Of a DNA stretch of 20,000 nucleotides, positions 14,697-20,000 are shown one piece after another. A program made the position numbers and the translations under genes. A model generated the notes under the pieces. That model had not been told where the DNA came from and ran no database searches. It saw nothing but the letters and a program-made list of their open reading frames with translations. Each line of letters opens with the position of its first letter. The stretch's first letter is position 1. The stretch comes from Neolecta irregularis DAH-3 (lineage: Eukaryota), in NCBI GenBank assembly GCA_001929475.1, contig LXFE01000126.1, positions 111,779 through 131,778 of the forward strand. The letters are read 5' to 3'.

Positions 14697-16277
14697 ATGC
14701 TTGCCTCAAAATTCTTCAGAAACAAAAGAACGGGTACAGAGCTCCGAGATGTAGTCATTACCAAGATCAAGAAACCGGACAATATCAAAAGCTGTATAAA
14801 TTCCGCGTCGGTATCAACTTCGCCGGAATCTCGATCCAAACGAAAAATAAAAGGAGCCAAGCCAGCACCCAGCCCCAAAAGTTTAGCGAAAAGGAGGAGA
14901 CTCGCGCCGAGATTGATTTATGCAGATGAAAGCGATGACAACGGTCAGATTTGCGATCAACCGATCCTTGGTATCGACGACACCAAAATCCGCATATGCG
15001 ACGTAAATCCAGATTCATTTTCATCAGCTTTAGAGAAAATCTCAGTTGTTACAGCAGACCACGTAATCAAAGCCGAGAAGAATAAATATACACGTTCGAG
15101 ACTTGAGAATGTCGACTGACTTTAGCAGATTTTCCGGCGCAGCAGGATAGGGTGTCGATGATGTACCCCGCCGATCCTTTTATTGAAGAATATCCACTAG
15201 TTCAGCCGAAGCACAAGGACGATTTCGATCCCACTGCCGAGTTAATTCGGATTGTAGAAATGACGAGTCTTATTTTGCCGGCTGAGTATTTCTGCGAGTA
15301 TCGGGAGGGCGTCGAGAGACTTGTTCGGAGCGCAATTCGGAAGGAAAATGAAAAAGATCTGAGGGCTGCGATTGACAAGCATAATCATATCGTTCTTCAG
15401 TTGAGGTTGAATGGCACGATCAAGCAACATTTAGCTTGTGGTCAAGTATACCTCACCGCCAAGATGCTGCAGTATCTATTAATCTCTGCGTACTCGAGGA
15501 CTGTCGGTCCCTATGTAGAAAGTTTGTCGAATTACAAGGGTACGGTGTTTTTTCTGGTGGTATTGACATTAGCATGGTCGAGTAATGTCTACGGCGAGCT
15601 ACTGCCGGCCTTTCTCTCTCGCCTTTTCAGCGAGTTGAAACTTGTTCAGGATTCTGTATTCGTGGATCTTGGCTGTGGAGTTGGTTCGTGTGTATTACAA
15701 GCAGCGTTACAAGTTGGCTGTGAATCATTTGGGGTTGAAATTTCGCCTGAACCGGTTAAACTTGCAAAGAACCAACTTGTTGAATTCAAGTCGAGGCTGA
15801 GATTATTTGGGATTAACGCTGGGGAAATGACTATTGTTGAAGGGGATATGCTGGCGAATGAGGAAACGACAAAAGCTATGCAAAAGGCTGATTTGGTGGT
15901 ATATTTATTATTATTTCCCTTCTGATTTACAGCTAGTCAACAATTATGCCTTTGATGCGGATTTGAATAATCGATTATTGGGTCTGTTTCTCGAGCTCAA
16001 AGACGGGGCTCATATAGTTTCTCTGAAAACGTTTGTTCCCTTGAACCACACCATTTCTGAACGAAACTTGGACAATCCAGCGAGTATTCTATCTGTTGAA
16101 CAAAAGGATTTTGGGCCGGGTTCTGTTTCTTGGTCGAATTTCAGCGGACCATTCTTTATTTCTACAATTGACCGGTCGAGAATCTCGAGATTTCTTAAAG
16201 AACGGTATATAAAAATTGATAGCGTGATACCCTATGACCTTGCACAAAACCGTCTACCTTACGAACCAGAATTATAA
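14697..16277 (+). CDS. DOT1: Histone H3K79 methyltransferase Dot1, at least 3 introns (3' end uncertain)
   Basis: YSRTVGP, NVYGELLP, FVDLGCGVG..VLQAALQVGCESFGVE, LVNNYAF, LKDGAHIVSLK and SVSW. Predicted introns are 15094-15128, 15540-15572 and ~15899-15932. Confidence 0.93.
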
Positions 16278-16427
16278 ACCGATTGGCCAAGCTGTGGGAA
16301 AAAGAAATCTGGAGGAAAAAGAAACGGTTAGCGTGCACGCTAACGACAACTAGCGCTGTTTATTATTCGGATATGCCCCCTTTTCCCTTGAAGAAATTTC
16401 TCGCCATCCCTAAACTTGATTCCCAAC

Positions 16428-17096
16428 ATGAACAAGAACAACTCGCTGTCGTTGATCGCAGATGTAACTTGCCTGTCAATCTACCGCAACCACGACCTGC
16501 CTCCCAAAAAAAGGATAGTGGTAGTGCTGGTATTTTATGGCATTTATGTTATTTTGCATGCGGGGATAATCGCTGCTGCTTCGGTGATTGGAAACGTTTG
16601 CAACAATAATCCATTGTATACCTTTTCGAACCATTACGTTGCGCTGTGGGGATTTTGTCTGGGGTCGATATATGCGTTTATCAATTTTCTAACGCTACAA
16701 ACGAGGAATTCGATATGCAAGAGGTCTGCATTCTGCGGGATGATTGTGGATTTCTTTGTTCTGTTGGGTATTTCTTCAGTGTGTGGGGTGGTATGTGGGC
16801 TGGAGCCTAATCTGAGATGGGATCCTGTCCGTCGAGTTACAGTTGCAGTGGGGACTTGTATCCCTTGGATTATCCACTCTGTATTCAAAAGGGGAACCTC
16901 GCCGCTAGGTTTTATTCGGCGATTTATGGGAATTGCGCTGGGATGTGTTAGCGGGGTTGTATTTTCTGCCTGGCTTGTAGGAATTGTCAATTCTGGGGCT
17001 GCTGCAGGGGCATTTGCGGGTGCATTATTGTCTATTGGGGATGTGAGTCCTCAATTTTGGGAGTTTAGCGATCTTTGGAATCCAAAGAAACATTAA
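16428..17096 (+). CDS. Uncharacterised multi-pass membrane protein (about 6 hydrophobic helices), apparently intronless
   Basis: A 222-codon ORF from ATG 16428 with several hydrophobic, Gly/Ala-rich stretches. No family was recognised. Confidence 0.65.
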   Translation: MNKNNSLSLIADVTCLSIYRNHDLPPKKRIVVVLVFYGIYVILHAGIIAAASVIGNVCNNNPLYTFSNHYVALWGFCLGSIYAFINFLTLQTRNSICKRSAFCGMIVDFFVLLGISSVCGVVCGLEPNLRWDPVRRVTVAVGTCIPWIIHSVFKRGTSPLGFIRRFMGIALGCVSGVVFSAWLVGIVNSGAAAGAFAGALLSIGDVSPQFWEFSDLWNPKKH

Positions 17097-17125
17097 TGTA
17101 TGATACGAGATATCATATTATCATA

Positions 17126-17750
17126 CTAATTTGTATTCAAACGATTTAATCTCTTTGACACATTCATACTAACATAAGAACCGAATGAGCAGGACATACC
17201 TCTCCAAATACTCATTAGCATCATTGACTTTTTTCGCGAGTTGTGATTTTTCCAGTAATAAACGATCGAGGAGCAACTTGTTTTCCGATTTCAAGAGATC
17301 TTCTCTGTCGAGGTTTTTATTTAGTTCGAGAGTTTTCACGGCGAGTTCGTTTGATAGGGCCTTGAAGTTAGGGATTACGAGGGAAGGGATACTTCGACTG
17401 TTTTGTTTCTTTCGGATAGGAGTATTTTGTACTCGTCTATTTTGTTTTCTTGGGATTTGCGAATTTTGAGGATGTGGAGGAGTTGGACGTCTTGTTTTTT
17501 TGCGCGAGAGGAGATTTTGTCTAGTTCTTCCGAGAGCAGGCGGATGCGTTTTTCGAGGAGACTTGAAGATTTGTACGAGTCTGACGATATATTATGCAAG
17601 GGATGTGGATTTTTTGTAGCGGCGAGGGAGGCGTCTGGGGTTAGAAGGGTTTGTGGAGGGATTACAAGCGGCGTAGATTTCAGCATTTGCTTTTTCTCTA
17701 GCATTTCGCTCTTTTAAGCGGTGGTAAACACGGATGTGCCAAGAGGTCAT
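17126..17750 (-). CDS. ATG16: Autophagy protein Atg16, 3 introns
   Basis: Spliced MTSWHIRVYHRLKERNAREKANAEIYAAY resembles the Atg5-binding helix (W..RL..RN..E). It is followed by the coiled coil ERNKTVEALSNELAVKTLELN..LKSENKLLLDRLL..KKVNDANE. Introns are 17635-17665 (31 nt), 17361-17392 (32 nt) and 17169-17199 (31 nt). Confidence 0.8.
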
Positions 17751-17794
17751 AAGTCATGGTGGGGAACCACCACCACCACCTCTCAACCACCACG

Positions 17795-18536
17795 ATGAGT
17801 GTGCGCAAAAAGGTCCTGCTCAAGGTTTGTTGATTTGCGTCTGTGCTAAGAGCAGGTTATTATACTGGGAGACAGCGGGTTATTTGGAGCTTTACGAGTG
17901 CTGACTGCAGGGTGGGCAAGACATCGCTGATGAACCAGTATGTGAGCAACAAGTTTAGCAACCAGTACAAGGCGACGATCGGGGCTGATTTTCTGACCAA
18001 GGAGCTTGTTGTGGACGACCGGGCTGTGACTATCCAGGTGCAGCAACCTTTTTATCGCGCTGATTGCAGCTGTGGGACACTGCCGGGCAGGAGCGGTTCC
18101 AGAGTCTTGGGGTTGCGTTTTACCGCGGGGCGGATGCGTGTGTGCTTGTGTACGATGTGAGCAACGGGCGGTCGTTTGAGACGCTGGACTCTTGGCGGGA
18201 CGAGTTTCTGATCCAGGCGTCGCCGCGGGATCCTGAGCATTTTCCGTTTGCGTGTCTGGCGAACAAGACGGACGTGGAGGAGGCGAAGCGGGTGGTATGT
18301 CGTCTTGCTTCTGTTCTAATGAGGTTCCGGCCAAGCGGGCGGTGTCGTGGTGCGGGGCGAAGGGCTATCCGTACTTTGCGGTGTCTGCCAAGGACGGTTC
18401 GCAGGTGGAAGAAGCGTTTGCAGCTGTTGCGCGGAATGCGTTGGCCCACGCTGATGAGGGCGACCGCGATTTTACGCAGGACTATGGCGAGCATGTCAAT
18501 CTCCATCTGGAGCGGGAACGGGGGTGTTTGTGTTGA
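17795..18536 (+). CDS. YPT7: Rab7/Ypt7 small GTPase, 4 introns
   Basis: [70 protein letters not shown], with C-terminal CLC (CxC). Introns are 17825-17855, 17879-17910, 18038-18069 and 18295-18323. Confidence 0.96.
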
Positions 18537-18544
18537 TCACTTGG

Positions 18545-18651
18545 TATATCTATCCATCATATTATCTCATTATCTCATCTCATTATCCCATTATCTCATA
18601 TTACTTCCATATTCATATTATATCTATTCACATCCTCATCTCATTCAATCA
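18545..18651. repeat. G-free low-complexity tract with imperfect ATTATCTC units between two convergent genes
   Basis: There is no G on the + strand for ~107 nt, and attatctc/attatccc/atctc units recur. Confidence 0.8.
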
Positions 18652-19161
18652 GCGGTTGATGGCCGGAGCATCTCGCGCACTCTGCCTATGCGGCCTACAG
18701 CCTGCTCGAGCTCGCCGAGACGGACCTTTTTCTCCTCTTCGCGCAACTCCATCTCGCGCAGGCGCTCTTCGACGCGGGAGCGTGCGCGGCGCTCGCTCGA
18801 GACCATTGAATTTGCCTCCTCAAACAGACTCTGGGACAATTCTTCGAGTTCGGCGGTGACAGCGGCGAGGCGGGCCTCTGCGGCGCGGCGGGCACCGCGC
18901 TCAGCCTCGAGCAGCGAGTCTGTAGAGTCTGTTGTGGGCAGCGGCAGTGCGTTTATGGATCTGCGGCGGCCAAACAGGGCCGAAATACGGTTTGGGCGGG
19001 GGCGGTACTCGTTCAGCTCGTCTTCCAGATCGGCAATGCGGTCTGCTGGGCGGCTCAGGCGGGATGGAAAAGGACATACCCGCGCGGGCCAGCTTGTCTG
19101 ACAGCATGCGCACCTGTGCCTGCAAATCTGGAGTCAGCGGGGCAGGAGTGGGGAGTGCCAT
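18645..19161 (-). CDS. Small Sec2p-domain (Rab GEF-type coiled-coil) protein, 1 intron
   Basis: [15 protein letters not shown], then intron 19046-19079 (34 nt), then [35 protein letters not shown], the Sec2 signature. An extra upstream exon cannot be excluded. Confidence 0.8.
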
Positions 19162-19180
19162 CTATTGGGTCTGGGAGGTG

Positions 19181-19320
19181 ATTGGGAGAGAGTTCGGGAT
19201 TGGGAATGCGATTGGGAGAGAGTTCGGGATTGGGAATACGATTGGGAGTGAGTTCGGAAATGGGAGGAATACGATTGGGAATGGGATTGGCAATGGGATT
19301 GGCAATGGGATTGGCAATGG
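19181..19320. repeat. G-rich minisatellite: ~3 x 30-bp unit followed by ~4 x 12-bp unit
   Basis: ATTGGGAGAGAGTTCGGGATTGGGAAT(G/A)CG at 19181 and 19211, degenerate at 19241. ATTGG(G/C)AATGGG follows in tandem at 19274-19320. Confidence 0.9.
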
Positions 19321-19339
19321 AATCGGTCATGGTGGTGTG

Positions 19340-19719
19340 GTGTTTCTGTCTGTCTTTTGTCTTTTGTCTCTGTCTACTCTCTGCTATCTCTGTCTACTCT
19401 CTGCTATCTCTGTGTCTTCTGTCTACTCTCTGCTATCTCTGTGTCTTCTGTCTGTCTATTTCTGTCTACTCCTGCTATCTCCATCTATGACGTATTGCCG
19501 TCGACTGACGTCGCCGTCTCGCCTTCTGTCTTCTGTCTGTCTACTCTCTGTCTTCTGTCTGTCTACTCTCTGTCTTCTCTCTGTCTATCTATTCCTGCTA
19601 CTCGCATCTATGACTTATTGCCGTCGACTGACGTCGACTACGTCGAACTAGCCGTCAATGCACCGTCAATGCACCGTCTACGCACGACGTCCGACGTCCA
19701 ACGTCGACTGACGTCGCCG
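19340..19719. repeat. CT-rich compound repeat plus three copies of CGTCGACTGACGTCG
   Basis: Recurring TCTGTCTACTCTCTGCTA units. CGTCGACTGACGTCG occurs at 19499-19513, 19622-19636 and 19702-19716. A tandem CCGTCAATGCA lies at 19652-19673. Confidence 0.88.
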
Positions 19720-19738
19720 CTTCGACGTCTCTCGTCTC

Positions 19739-20000
19739 ATGCGCACCCGCTTCGCCCCCTCACCAACCGGCCACCTGCATCTCGGATCCCTGCGAACAGC
19801 ACTCTACAACTATCTCGTCGCCAAAGCGTCCGGCGGGCAGTTTATCCTGCGCATCGAGGACACGGACCCGGCGCGGCTGGTCGCGGGCGCGCAGGACAAA
19901 CTGCAGGAGGTGCTGGCGTGGGCGGGGCTGGCGTGGGACGAGGGCCCCGGCGTCGGCGGGCGCTTTGGGCCGTACACTCAGTCGCTGCGGCTGCCGCTGT
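19739..20000 (+). CDS. MSE1: Glutamyl-tRNA synthetase, mitochondrial/bacterial type, 5' part (true start uncertain)
   Basis: [65 protein letters not shown] covers the HIGH-motif region of a class I GluRS. The frame is open to the window end. Confidence 0.93.
   Translation, partial: MRTRFAPSPTGHLHLGSLRTALYNYLVAKASGGQFILRIEDTDPARLVAGAQDKLQEVLAWAGLAWDEGPGVGGRFGPYTQSLRLPL

Noticed and set aside
18064..19101. 345-aa plus-strand ORF suggesting a long Rab7 fusion
   Set aside because: It is an artefact of reading through the 29-nt intron, the G-less tract and the GC-rich antisense strand of the Sec2-like gene. The spliced model ends in a proper CxC motif.
19181..19320. CRISPR-like or telomeric array
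   Set aside because: The units are directly tandem without unique spacers, the context is eukaryotic with no cas genes, and this is not a terminal TTAGGG-type array.
18932..19651. 239-aa plus-strand ORF with GIGN and LCLLS repeats
   Set aside because: It is a translation of simple repeats that lack stop codons, with no ATG at the called start and no domain.
17795..20000. Horizontal transfer or bacterial contamination as the cause of high GC and a bacterial-like gltX
   Set aside because: The GC-rich block contains intron-bearing eukaryote-specific genes (Rab7, Sec2-like) with the same intron style as the rest. HLGSLRTAL is typical of fungal mitochondrial GluRS.

Overview
Eukaryotic (ascomycete-like fungal) genomic DNA from an extremely compact, intron-dense genome. 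An early-diverging ascomycete such as a Neolecta-like Taphrinomycotina member is my inference only, not proven. Manual splicing gives 16 protein genes. In order: ADE5,7 (partial), THR1, RPC19, an NAD kinase, END3, an RNF115/126-type RING-H2 ligase, FIS1, SPC24, a multi-fasciclin membrane protein, SPB1, DOT1, an intronless unknown membrane protein, ATG16, YPT7/RAB7, a small Sec2-domain protein and a mitochondrial-type glutamyl-tRNA synthetase (MSE1, partial). There are about 55 tiny introns, mostly 29-43 nt, including GC-AG introns and several GAG acceptors. Notable points: ATG16 and YPT7 are head-to-head with only 44 bp between start codons and sit next to a Sec2-like GEF gene. The MSE1 presequence-like peptide is out of frame with the enzyme. 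GC content rises and introns get shorter in the last ~3 kb. A repeat-built spacer lies at 19.18-19.72 kb, and 1664-2380 is an unexplained 0.7 kb gap. No mobile element, CRISPR array, rRNA or tRNA was recognised. All splice models are predictions made by eye.
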